Assembly: GCF_006345805.1 (NCBI RefSeq)
Contig: NC_042999.1
Span: forward strand, 86,800,001 to 86,864,000
Direction: 5' to 3'
Length of the DNA stretch: 64,000 bases
Source: Octopus sinensis
Lineage: Eukaryota
Below, piece after piece: positions 29,901 to 42,873 of this stretch. Made by a program: the position numbers and the translations under genes. Every line of letters begins with the position of its first letter. The stretch's first letter is position 1. Below the pieces are notes generated by a model. It was not told where the DNA came from, made no database searches, and saw only the letters and a program-made list of their open reading frames with translations.

Positions 29901-32395
29901 CTTCCTGTGAAGATTTGAGAGTGTGTATTTCTTGACAGAATGTGTTATATCCATCCGATATCAACTGGTAAGCCTTTCCTTCACATATCAGTACCATCCC
30001 ATGTCCAGTGAGAATGTCGGCAGACACCTCACTCCTTCAAGCTGAAAGCAAAAGCTGAATGAACTATGTCTTGTTCTCATCATTTGCAAGAAAGACTTTC
30101 CAATCTTTCGGACTCTTTGTTTTCTCACCACTCAGGATGAGTTTGTATCCAAAACCTTGTCTTTCACTCCGCCCCTTTTACAGAGTCTTCCTTGTACAGG
30201 TCAGTGCTAAATATGACAGGTAACAGGTGAAGAGCAGATCCCAACACCTTACAAGATGTTTCCCCAAATGTTTGAAGAATCTCATACAAGCAATGATAAA
30301 GCTTTGTAACTGTGCATCATCACATTCTTTCACATGTTTGAAGCCTTTCAATTTGTCTGTTTTTGCTAAAAATCCATCTTCCAATCCAATGCTGTATGGA
30401 ACAGGCATCAATGGGTATGTCAACAGTTTGTCAAGGTCAAGTTTCCGATCAACCTGTGCTTGAGACTTCACTAGTAATTGAAACGCTATGTTTCCCTGCT
30501 GCTTGTACTTGACAACTTTGTTTTGAGAAGTAGAGAGTTTCATGGACTTGTGCATGTGTGCCATGGTTTTCGAATTTGGGCATTTAATAGGAACAAAGAA
30601 GCCATCCTTCTTCATTGGTCTGTTTTCTATGAAGTCTTCCTTTGCTAGACTACCAACAGTCTCATCAGTGAGGACATCCTTCAGAACTTCTTCTGAAGCC
30701 AGAGCACCAGATGATAGATTATACAAATTTCCATCATCTGGAATGTTAAAAAGGTTGTTGATAGCTGCAATGGTCCTTGAGACAAGTTTCTCACTGGTCA
30801 CAATTTCATAAGGGTGAACATCCCAATGTTGCAGTCCATTGTCTTCTTCATCAGACATTCCTGCTAGACAAAATGTAACCTGAAGGAATTTGGCTTGTTC
30901 ATTACCTGACTTTGTCCATCTTTGATAGGTTCTGTCGTTTGTTGGCAGACTGCTTATGCCCGCTCCAGTCTAGCCACTTCCATCTTTTGATTTTGCATGT
31001 TTCATAAAAGTTTCTTCGATTGTTTTGTCAACAGCACACCTATTTCCTGGAATAAAGGATCTCGCCACACTGATTGCACCTCTTTTTAATAGATCCTCTG
31101 CACCAGGATGAGAATGTTCAGTGTTGGCAATTAAGATCGAAAAGAATGTGAGGTACTTGGCATAGTTTTGTCCTCTGAAGCTGAAGAAGAAGTCAGGCAT
31201 AAGGCAGAGACACTGTGTGTATACTGTAAAGTTGTATGCCTTTGCAGCTTGCAGAAAGCACATTGTCACCCAAACATGGTCGATGTATGACATCCAAAGT
31301 GCAGCAGTCTTTCCATGTTGGTCTGAGCAAATGTTCTCATGGAAAAGGAATTATTCCTCATTGTATGAACAAATTTCCTGATCATTCAATGCTGTATTTT
31401 CAGTCTCCTTGCTGGGAGATATTGCAAGTCTCTCAATACAATCCCTGGAAGTGGTCGAAAAGTCCATGGGGGTATCTTCCATCCCAGTTTTGTTTCTGGC
31501 AACATCAATTTTCTGATTTGTTAGACCTAGGGCTACATGAAAACATGCATTAGAGTAAATCACAAGTAGGGTGCACCATGACCCTTACCAGCCCATGGCC
31601 TCTATCTGTTGTCCCCACTAAATATGTCATAGACTCTCACCCCCCCTCTCTCTCTCAAACACACATAGTTTAGGTATATTTTGCCCAGTTATTATTTGTA
31701 TAACTTTTATCTGATACTTCAAATCTCACTTTTTCCCCAAGTTCCTTTTACTTCTGGGATTATACTCATCCACAGGATTCTTCTTGAATCACTTGACTTC
31801 AGTATACAATTATAATACTTAGTATTGACTTAAATTTTCTTGTCAATATGAAGATAATTCCAGATGTTAATAACAAAGATTTGAAACTGTGTAGGAACAG
31901 GGGAAGAGGGAATGTGGGTGGATAGCGGTTGCAAAAGTGTATGGGAAAGAGATGGGGAAATGAGTGAACACATTAATCAATTTTTCATCTTCATCATTAT
32001 TTTGTCTCCACTTTCCCTGCTGGTGTGGGTTGGATGTGTTGTCACAGTCCAAGTCAGTACTTATTTGGGGTTACTGCTCTCCATGACAGGTCAGATGTTC
32101 CCATCTCTCTCTCATACTTTTATTTTTACTTGGTGAATGCCCTTCCTATCATCAACCACTTCCCAGTCCTAGGTGTATTTTATCATGATACTGGCACTAG
32201 TAACATTACCTTACATTCTGTAGGGCTAGAGTCCTTACTATCCTATGTGTTGACTTTGTTGACTGCGCCTCTGTACATGATTTGTAGAACCCTCAGAAGC
32301 CAATCATCTGCCCCAAGCTTCCTCAACAACCATCAGAGCACAGGCCTTTACTAAATCAGTAAATGCTAGGTTCAGTATTAGATTTTTTTAGTTTG

Positions 32396-32438
<43 letters not shown>

Positions 32439-35400
32439 ATTCACTATATCTATACATACAAATTTAACTTGGTCGATTCTTTCTTGTATATTTTCTTGTC
32501 TTGGGATTCACAGTCAAACGACTGGGTGGAATTGCACGAAAAATTACACAGATGTGTAGAATGATCCAGTAGTGTTGCTGGGCTTTGTATTTTTTTCATA
32601 GCTCCCATGGTTACCGAGATAATCTACTATAATAATACTCTTGTGTTTATGAATGAGAAAGGAAGGGGTGATTGATGAATAAGGAAGGCAGGGGTGATGT
32701 CATACTTGGTAGTGGGATGATGAAAATTGTATGCTGAAAAAATAAATCAAACAGCGTTTCAACTCTGTGTATTTGGTATTTACTTACCAGCTCTTGTATT
32801 TAGTCAAGGCCAGATTTATGTGGCCTTAAGTCGGACAAGAAGGAAGGAAAACTTCAAAATTCTCTTAAAGGAAACAAGCAGTCAAAGGATATTAGTTGCT
32901 GATAGATTTTTCACGAGTTTGGCAGTAAAAAAATTATTAAACTAAAAACTTGGTTTTGTACCTTAGCTACTATAATAATACTCTTGCGTTTTTCTCCCTC
33001 ACAACATATGAATGAGAAAGGAAGGAGTGGTGGTAAACTTCGCAGTGGGATGATGGAAACTGTACGGTGAAAAAGATAAATCAACCAGCATTTCAACTCT
33101 GTATGAGTTTATGTGTGTGTATGTAAAAGGAAGGTTTGTGAATGTTTGTGTGTGTGTGTGCAATGGAAGTGGGACGGTGAACATTCAACGCTGAAAAGAA
33201 AAATCAAACAGCATTTCAACTCTGTGTATTTGGTATTTACTTGCCAGCTCCCATATTTAGTCAAGGCCAGCTTTATGTGGCCTTAAGTCAGACAAGAAGG
33301 AAGGAAAACTTGAAAATTCTTTTGAAGGAAACAAGCAGTCAAAGGATGTTAGTTGCAGATAGATTTTTCACAAAAAATTTAGTAATAAAAGAATTATTAA
33401 ACCAAAATCTTGGTTTTGCACCTTATTTGTTTATAAAATACTACAATTAGCTGTCATTTTTGACGACAGGGGGCCCAACTAGTATATGTATATATATATA
33501 TATATATATACTCACACACTCACTTCCCACACACACACACAAATCTTATCTTGGTGAGAAGTTGCATATTTGTATATATGTTGTAACTCCTTTACTTAAA
33601 CTAACCATTAATTGTGGTTATCAATGGCTATGCAGTTATCTGCTAGTTAAGTTGACAGAAGCAGGTAGGATGTTTAAACGTATGTCCAAAGAGTTAGGGA
33701 CTACAACTTGTTAGTCGAGCACCTAACCAATTCACATAATGCTCCAATAAAATGAAATGTGTGTCAATGTTTGCTGTATCTGATCCTTTGGTTATGAATT
33801 TTTTTTTTTTTCAACAGGTTGCCTTTCTATGTTGATCACTCATCACCAGACACAACTGAATGTCTTATAAGTGAAGATAAAGCCGTAAGCAATATGATTT
33901 TTGAAATCATTTTGAGTTCTGTTACAAAATGAGCCAATGTAATGATTATCAAAGTAAAATATCTCCAAATTTTTTTTCTCTTATGTTTCACAAAATTAAA
34001 TTTAATTATTGGCTTAACTTGATATTTAGTTATGATATTTTACAATTAATATGACTAATGTTTCAACTTTAATTTCAAAGTTTTGGTATTTTTATTGACA
34101 TGTAACCCTTTAGCATTCACATTATTCTGTCAAATATAATGCTTATTTATTCAGTTGTTTTGTTTTAATCCAGCATTATCTCATAACTGAAATTTTGATG
34201 ATGTGAATGTTTATTTTTAGATTGACTTTGTAGAGTAGGCGTGAGAGGCTAGATCTAGCCAGTTTGAACATAAAACAGGCATAATGTTTTGGCTGGATAT
34301 GACTGGTTTAAATACTAAAGGGTTAAATATGTTTTTGGTGTGTAAACCATGTAGTACTGCTTCAGTATGTGGTCTTGCTTCATGGTGTGGTATTGTCTTA
34401 CTTCATGAAGCTGCATTATCATGTGTTACTATTTGACAATGTAATACTGTTTCACAGTGTTTGACAATGTGGTACTATTTCCTTTACAATATAGCTTTGC
34501 TATATGGTACTTCCTCATAAACAATGCAGTTACTACTGCCATTGTGTTTTTTTTTTACTTCTCATACAGCCCTCATCAAGCAAACCTATGATAAAAGCTG
34601 TTCTAGCCTTATCAGTTCACTTTTTATTTTATGTATATCAGGGATTATACAATTCTTTATTTATAATGGTGAGTTGTGGTTTGTGAGAGATTTGGCTATT
34701 TTTTTCTACTAATATGAAGTCTTTCTTCCTCATGAGTGATGAGTGAAATTTCTGTTTGATTTAAATGTTTAGAATCAGAATAATTATAATCAGATATGCA
34801 TCAATAATTTTTAATACTTTAGGCACATCAAATGTTTAAGGAACGTAACAATGATCTTGAGACACTTCAGAGTGGGTCCACTCAGCAAAAGAAGAAAAAT
34901 TTAAAAAATGTGAAGCGGACTGCATTTTTTAATTATATGAGAGTTATAAACAAAGTTATTGCAGAACAGGTTAGTTCACTTTAACTTTCATGCATTAACT
35001 ATCAAAGAGAGAATGTCAACAATTAAGGTAGTTGATTAGCAACGTTGCTAGAAGTTTAGCTATAATGTTTGTAATTATCATTACAGCTGTGTTCAAAATC
35101 CATCGAGGTCAATTTTGCCTTTCATTCTTTTGGCAGTGATGTAGAAGATGGAGGTCAAATAAAGTACTAGTGAAGCACTGGAGTCATTTCTCCTCTGTCT
35201 GTCTGTCTGTCTCTCTCTCTCTCACTTTCTTGAACAAATCATCTATGACCTGAGCTGCAGAGGGACAGTTTTCATCAGACGTGGTTGTATTATTGAGAAG
35301 CTTGTTTTCCAACCATGTGGTCTTGGGTTCTGTTCCATTGCATGGCATCTTGGACAAAAGTTTTTTACTGTAGACTTGGGCCAACTAAAACCATGTGAGT

Positions 35401-38400
35401 GGATTTAGTGGATTTGTCATGTATGTATGTGTGTAAAATTTTTTTCAGAATGAGATAAAAAAACCCAAGGCTGTGAAGTTTTAGAACAGTTATAAAAAGA
35501 AGGTCTTACAGCTGTTTCCAGGCTATTTATTATATCCCTTCATTGGAGACAGTGTGAGAAAATGCTTAAGCAATAGTTAATTTAGATAAGATACCAGATA
35601 GAGAGTGAAGTGGAGGAATGAAAATAGATGCAAGATACGTTTGCTTTGGCATGGTTTCTGCAGTTGTATGCTCTTCCTAACATCAACCAAACACTTTACA
35701 GAATGTATTGGGTGCTTTTTATTTGGCGCCAGCACTAGTGAAGTTACCAAGTAACTTGTAAGACAAGCCCCTCAACTGAGAAGTGTGAAGTAGTATTGTG
35801 AGAAGTGGCTTTATGCCTATACTAGTCATTATTCTCTCCCTCTTCGTTTACCTTTTGACAAAGCATGTGATCCTTTCATTAGTAATGAAGTTAAGTTACA
35901 CAGAATTGTTACTCTAAGATTAAACTAAAATAGTATTTACCAAGGAAAGAGAATATTAAAATGAAGAAATAAAATTATAAAAACAAATGCATAAAAATAA
36001 ATAGATTAAAGTTGTATTTTTAACAGTAAAGATAAAAGTTCAGTTATTGATTTGAGATTAATATCTTTGAAATCTTGCAGATCTGATATCAAATTTGCAT
36101 ATCATTGCATTATATTGGCAGTTTATATTGCAGTTCACTCTATCAATACCAATAATATTTACATTGTGTTTCAATTATAAAATATTTGTATTATTTTTCA
36201 TTTATGTCTTAATTTATATAATGTCTCAATGTTGTAGTCTACCCCCGAGGACACACTAGCAAGTATTATTGATGGCAATGAAGTCAGTCACAGGTTTAAA
36301 AGTATTTCAGGTAAATTGATGTTCCCTCCACAATTACGGTTTTTCAACCAGCTTCAGTTTTCTTCATTTCCTACTCTAGAATGAACATTGGGCCCCACTG
36401 AGGTGATGACAAGTGACCGAGACCTTTGGAGATATGCTGTGCTTGAGAAGACCCAGCAAGCCAAGTGAGACCATAACCATAGCCTATGCCAGTGCAGCAT
36501 AACCAGCCCATTTAAGAGTACCCTTCAATCATTGGGCAATAAACTGCGCTTGCGAAGACTTGTTGAGTCAAGTGAAGTCATTGTCATGGCCAATGACAGT
36601 ACCACCTGATTGGTACCCATGCCAGTGGCACGTAAAAATCACCATTCGTGTGTGGTCGATGCCAGTGCTGCCTGACTGGGTCCCATGCTGGTGGCATGTA
36701 AAAAGCACCATTCAAGCGTGGTTGGTGTCAGTGCTACCTGACTGGCCCTCATGCCAGTGGCATGTAAAAAGCACCCACTACACTCTTGAAGTGGTTGGTG
36801 AAGGGCATCCAGCTGTAGAAACCTTGCCAGATCAGATTGGAACCTAGTGCAACCTTCTGGCTTACCAACCCTCTGTCAAACCATCCAACCCATGCCAGCA
36901 TGGAAAGCGGATGTTAAATGATGACGATGATGGTGATGATGATTAAAATTTCTGAGATCCAGAAGTTACAGCATATGTATATATGGAATCTTACATTTTT
37001 CAGATAGCATGTGATACTCTCATAGACATGTTAATGATATTCTATTTAGCATTTTAATATGTTATTAATGATTGCTTGCATATTTATTCTTAACATATCT
37101 AGGTAGGTTCATATGCACAATATAATGGTTGCTTATGTGTGAATCACTGGAAAAAAAACTTCTCCTTTTTTATGACAACTGTGTGTTCAACACATGGCAT
37201 TCTGGGACACTGGTCTTTCAACTTGTGTCTCATCAGCCCAAAGCAGTTGGAACTATGAGCCTAAACGAAGCTTGTGGCTTTGTTTATACTTTCAGCAAAC
37301 AAATTGTTTTCTGATCAATACTTATATCTGCCAACCAATGTAAAATCATTGTTTGTATCATGTGCAGTGAGATCTGTACATTGGAGGTGAAACACTGGTG
37401 CCCTAGTATGATGTGCCAATGAGTTTAATGTGTTGAAAACACTGTTGTTGTAAAAGGGAGAAGTTATTCTCTTATGATGTACACTACAGCAACTCAGTAT
37501 CTTTTGTGTCTAAACCTGCCTAGACATATTAAGAATAAATAAGCAAATTATAATTCCAGATCTCACTGTACACAGTGCAAATAATAATTTTCTAACATGT
37601 TAATTATTTGAAATCAAAGAAAACTTATGCTGTGGATTTTATATTTATTCCATTTTTATTCTTTATGCTTGTCATAAAGACAGTCCACTTTCTCAACTGT
37701 TGTTTAATATTACAGAGTTGACTTGATGGTGAGTTGGCAGAATCATTAGTATACTGGGTAAAATGCTTAGCGGCATTTCATTCTGAGGTCAAATTCTGCC
37801 AAGGTTGACTTTGCCTTTCGTCCTCTTGAGGTTAATAAAATAAGTAGCTTTTGAGTACTGGGGGTCGATGTAATAGAATTGGCCAAAATTTGAAGCCAAT
37901 ATTACAGAGTTGACTCAAGAACTTTGATTAATGCTATTCAACTTTATTTAGTGAAAGAAGCATAAATATAAGTAAACTAAATATATATAGTTTTTTTGTG
38001 TATATTGAACTTTTAGAATGGCTAGCAATTAGAAACATGAATTCTTGCTACAGGAGTTCAGAATCTAAAAACAATAAAAATGGGATATAATTCTGATAAG
38101 ATCACTTGATTGAAATTATTGGCCAATAGAGGTGATACAGATGTGAGTGGATTTAGTCTGTAATGTCAGTTTATGCAATATGGCTATGTTTCAGTTTTAT
38201 CAAACCTCATCAATGGAGCATTTTCTATTTAGTTGACAAGACTGAGAATGATTTATATAGAGAGAGTGAATGTAGTGATATTAATTATGAATATCAACAA
38301 CAGAGATGAAGGGAAAATACCTTGAGAGAAAGTACTACATGCTATCTCTTAATGTGGTAAGATTTCATTTATACATTTCAGAGATTTGAAAAACTTTGAA

Positions 38401-41400
38401 CATTTAAGATTATCTAAGGCAAATAGTATGCAAAAACTTCCTCTTGGGATGTTTAAAGTCTAGAAACAATTAGCAAGGTAGATAATTCTAATAAAACCTG
38501 ATTAATAGTTTTGGACATAATAAACAATAGAGATTTCAATGTATAAGTTAAGTAGTGAAATCAACAAATTTATTATTGCCTTGGACATCCTCAACAAAGC
38601 AAAGTCTAGACCAGCGTCATGACATTCCTTGTATTTCTATGCATGCATACTTCATATATACTGTGCAACAATGCTAATAAATGACAAATCCTAATAAATT
38701 ACAACCACTTTGAAAAACAGTATCCCCTTTGTATAGAATCTTATGACTAACTCTTAATTCATCATATAACATTAAACAATAACATAAATTAAATTTTGTG
38801 AAAACCAGTATGGGAAATAATTCCGGTAAAATCTGTGATAATGAGCAGAAAGTTTTGTAAGAGAATGCAAAAAGCACTTTACATAACTGAGGAATTTCCT
38901 TTACCAGCTGCCAATCAGAGGTTCTCATAATTTGACACTTTATGGCTGGATCACTACTTCTGATGGTGTCAAGCAACATTAGGAAATATATGGAAACATA
39001 TCATCATCATTGCTTAATGTCCATTTTCCATGCTGGCATGGGTTGGACGGTTTGGCATGAAACTGGCCAGCTGAGAGCTTTCCAGACTCTAATCATCTGT
39101 GATGGCATGGTTTCTGTGGCTGGATGCCATTCTTAATGCCAACTACTTAAAGTATGCTAGATGCTTTTTACATGCCACTGACATGTGTGTTTACAAAGCA
39201 CCCATACAGGTGTATTTACACAGCATTGTACACAGGTGCTTTTTATGTGGCTCCACCACCTGAAAGGACAAGCCTGTATGTATGGAAGACAGTGATTTTA
39301 CTTAGCTTGATATGTCTTTTCAAGTACAATAAATTATTACATTTCCTAGTCCCTTGTCATTTCCTCAGTGAGGCTCATCCATATGCATCACATGACTAAA
39401 CCAGTGCACTCTTCTCTCTTGCACACAACATGTGATGCTTTTTCTACCCAGCTTTCTTCTTAAATCATTTACGCTGTCATGCATGCACATTGACATTACC
39501 CATCCAGCAGAGCATGCTAGCTTCGTTTCTTTCAGGCCTTCACAACTCCTCTGTAGTCAAAGCCCATGTTTCACTGCCATATAACACAGTTGTACACACA
39601 CAGGAATCATACAATCTGCTTTTCACTCTGAGGGAGAGGCCCTTTGTTATCAACAAAGGTAAAGGCTCTCTGAACTTTGCTCAGCACATTCTTATTCTAA
39701 CAACTACACTTTCAGAACTTCATCCTGCTAACTTGCTCTCTTAGGTACCAAAAGCTACCTACTACTTCTAATGATCCCACTGAGCATTTGAAAGAGTGTA
39801 TTGTCTGTGCATGTTTATTACTTATTGTACCTGCACATTTGTCACACACAAAGACAATATTTCTCTGTTAAGTTTCCTGTCATACTGCTACACCTCTTAT
39901 GAAGTCCAAAGCTTGCACTAGATACAATGTACAGAGTTTCTACTAACACCCTTCTTACATATCGAGCAGGGCCAGCTCCCTGAAGGGACTTGTTAGTTGT
40001 CTGTTTTCCTACTTACTAGGACTTTGGTTTTTGCTAAATTAATTCTAAAGCCCTTAGATTCTAGGCCTTGTTTCCACACCTGAAATTTCTTCTCTAGATT
40101 AGGTAGTGATTCAGTTACAAGAACAAGATCAGCAGTGTAGAAGAGCTCTCAAGGACAGCCTATCTTGAATTTCTCTGTTAAGGCCTGGATGACTACAATG
40201 AACAAGAAAGGACTGAGAACTGAGACTTGGTGGACTCCTACCTGTACACTGAATTCATTACTATATTCATTTCCAATCTTCATCTTACTGGCAGCATCCC
40301 CGAACATGGCTTGTACATCTCTTACTAACCATTCACCTATCTCTAGCTTCTGCATAAGGGAACAGGTGATCTTGTCAAAGGCTTTCTTCATGTCAACAAA
40401 ATCCAAGTACAGAATTTTTTTTTTTTTTTTGGCTAATTTTTTCTCTTGCAGTTGCCAAACCAGAAATATAGCCAGATTTTTACCCATTTTGTTTTCTCAA
40501 CTACTCCTGTGAAAAGGATGAACAGTGATCAAACTGGAGCTTATTTTTGGAAGATTGGCTTCAAAGCAGAAATGATCATCAATAAACATAGAAAATGAGA
40601 AAAAACAGAAAAGAAAAAAAGATAGAAAGAAGGAAGAAAAAAAGATAGAAAGAAGGAAGAAAAAAAGAGAATTCCTTAACAATAACATACAGCAAATCAT
40701 TTGACTATATGAGTAATATTTTGAATGTCTCGAGAATACATCCCCTCATTTGTTATCTTTTCCTATGATGCCTTAAATTTTATTATTATTTAATGTCCTT
40801 AAGGCGGCAAACTGGCAGAATTATTAGCATGCCGGATAAAATGCTTAGCAGCATTCCATCCATCTTTATGTTCTGAGTTCAAATCCTGCCAAGGTTGACT
40901 TTGCTTTTCATCCTCTTGGGGGTTGGTAAATGAATATCAGTGGAGCAATAAGGTCGATGTAATCAACTTACCCACACTCCCCAAAGTTGCTGGCTTTGTG
41001 TCAAAATTTGAAACCAATATTTAGTGTCCTGGTTAAACTTTTAATTTATACACACAGACATGCACACTCACAATCACACACACATGCACACACACACACA
41101 CACATGTATTTACTCTCAGTTGGCTTGAAATTGTTAATCTAATAAACAAACTACAGAATTGTTTTAGTAATTAACCAAACCTTGTATGATTAGTCCCCTT
41201 AAATTTTGTTCATGTTCCACATCTTCAGAATTTCAAAGATGCATGGAAAGTCCTGAAAATCCCAATGTGAAGAAGCAACCTGACAGATATGGAAGAATTC
41301 AAAAGCCTAGACGTAGGGAATTTCTGTCAGAGAAGAAGCCACATGAACCCCTTAAAAAGGTACACATTTTAACCCTTTCCTGTTTGATATTTGAAACAGA

Positions 41401-42832
41401 AATTAATATTAATTGCTTGGTTTGGGTGGTGAGCTAGTAGAATTGTTAGCATGTCAAGTAAAATGCTTAGTGGCATTTTGTCTGTCTTTATGTTCTGAGT
41501 TCAAATTCCACCAAGGTCAACTTTGCTTTTCATCCTTTCAGGGTCAATAAAATAAGTACCAGTTGAACACTGGGGTCGATGTAATAGACCTACCCACTTC
41601 CCTGAACTTGCTGAACTTGTGCCAAAATTTGAAATCAATATTTATTGCTTGTTTGAATTATGAAACTTTTGTCTACATTTCTATTTTAGCATGATTGTCA
41701 TAACGTTCAGCCTGTCTCAGCTCTAATTTAGTTTTCTTTTTAATATAATTTTTGCTCATTTTTTTATCCCTAGTTGATTGTTAATAAAAATTTTAATGGA
41801 TAGGAAAATCGAAAAGCATCCTACCTGTTAATAGGTTCCGCTGATTATTATAACTCAAGTATGTTCACATTAACATTGTTCTCGGTTAGTTCTGATCAAA
41901 GTACTCCTATGACATGCAACTTTCTTTACACAGAATGCAGTTATGTCATGTCTTCATTACAGAGAATAACATTGCGCGTTCTGGTATACATTAATGAATT
42001 GTAAGAGATGCAGTATGTATTCTGTTCACTGTCCAATCTATCTCTATAGGCCAGTAGATTCTGATCATGTCAAAATGCTACCATTAACTTTATTGCTGCT
42101 TCATTTCCAGATTGTAACTGTAGCACCAGCTTTCATCACCAGTGATGACCTTCTGTAAAATGTTCAGATCAACTTCCAACTGTTCTTTCAGTTCACAACA
42201 TGTATTCAGTTGTGACTACTTTCGATCTTCTTTGAGCAATTAAGGCACACATTTTGCTACTACACTTTTCATTCACAATTCCTTGCTCAAAATTTGTTGG
42301 CAGGAACTCCAGGATACACCAGTTGTATCAACAAGTTCATCAATTGTTCAGTGACAGTCCTCTAAGATCAGTTCAGGAGTTTTCATGATGTTTTCATTTG
42401 TTCAGGAGGTAGATTGTCTCCCTGATTGAGGTTGGTCTTCAAGCAACAAGTGACCATTCCTAAAGCATGAAAACCACTCAGAAACTTGTGTTTTGCTCAT
42501 GGCAGTGTCCTTGTAAGCTGTTTGAAGCATGACAACTGTTTCAGCCACCATTTTCCCCAGTAGGAAACAGAATTTCATGGAAGTATGCTGTTTCTGCATT
42601 TCAGCCATCGCAAAAATCGGGGAAAAATGGGGAAAAGCAATGCAAAACAAAGATGCACCATATGACAGTACAACTTCACTTGATGAAGCTGGTTGATAGC
42701 CCAATGTTTGAGAGCAGCATCAAGTGGCTTCTTGCGGCAGAAGCCTGAACTACAACAGGCTTTTCTGGTTACTTTTGGGTGCCCCCTCATTCATAAATGT
42801 ATGTGTGTGTATACACACACATGCACGCGCGT

Positions 42833-42873
<41 letters not shown>

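Noticed and set aside
36590-36780. CRISPR-like repeat array
   Set aside because: Contiguous degenerate tandem units inside a LINE UTR; no unique spacers and no cas genes; eukaryotic context
38030-38620. Possible extra exon(s) between exons 14 and 15
   Set aside because: Every candidate acceptor/donor pair I tried had stops, and exons 14 and 15 already join in phase. More likely an old repeat remnant.
40497-40700. Lys/Arg/Glu-rich stretch with a 23-bp tandem repeat, as a possible exon
   Set aside because: No frame-compatible splice sites; purine-rich low complexity
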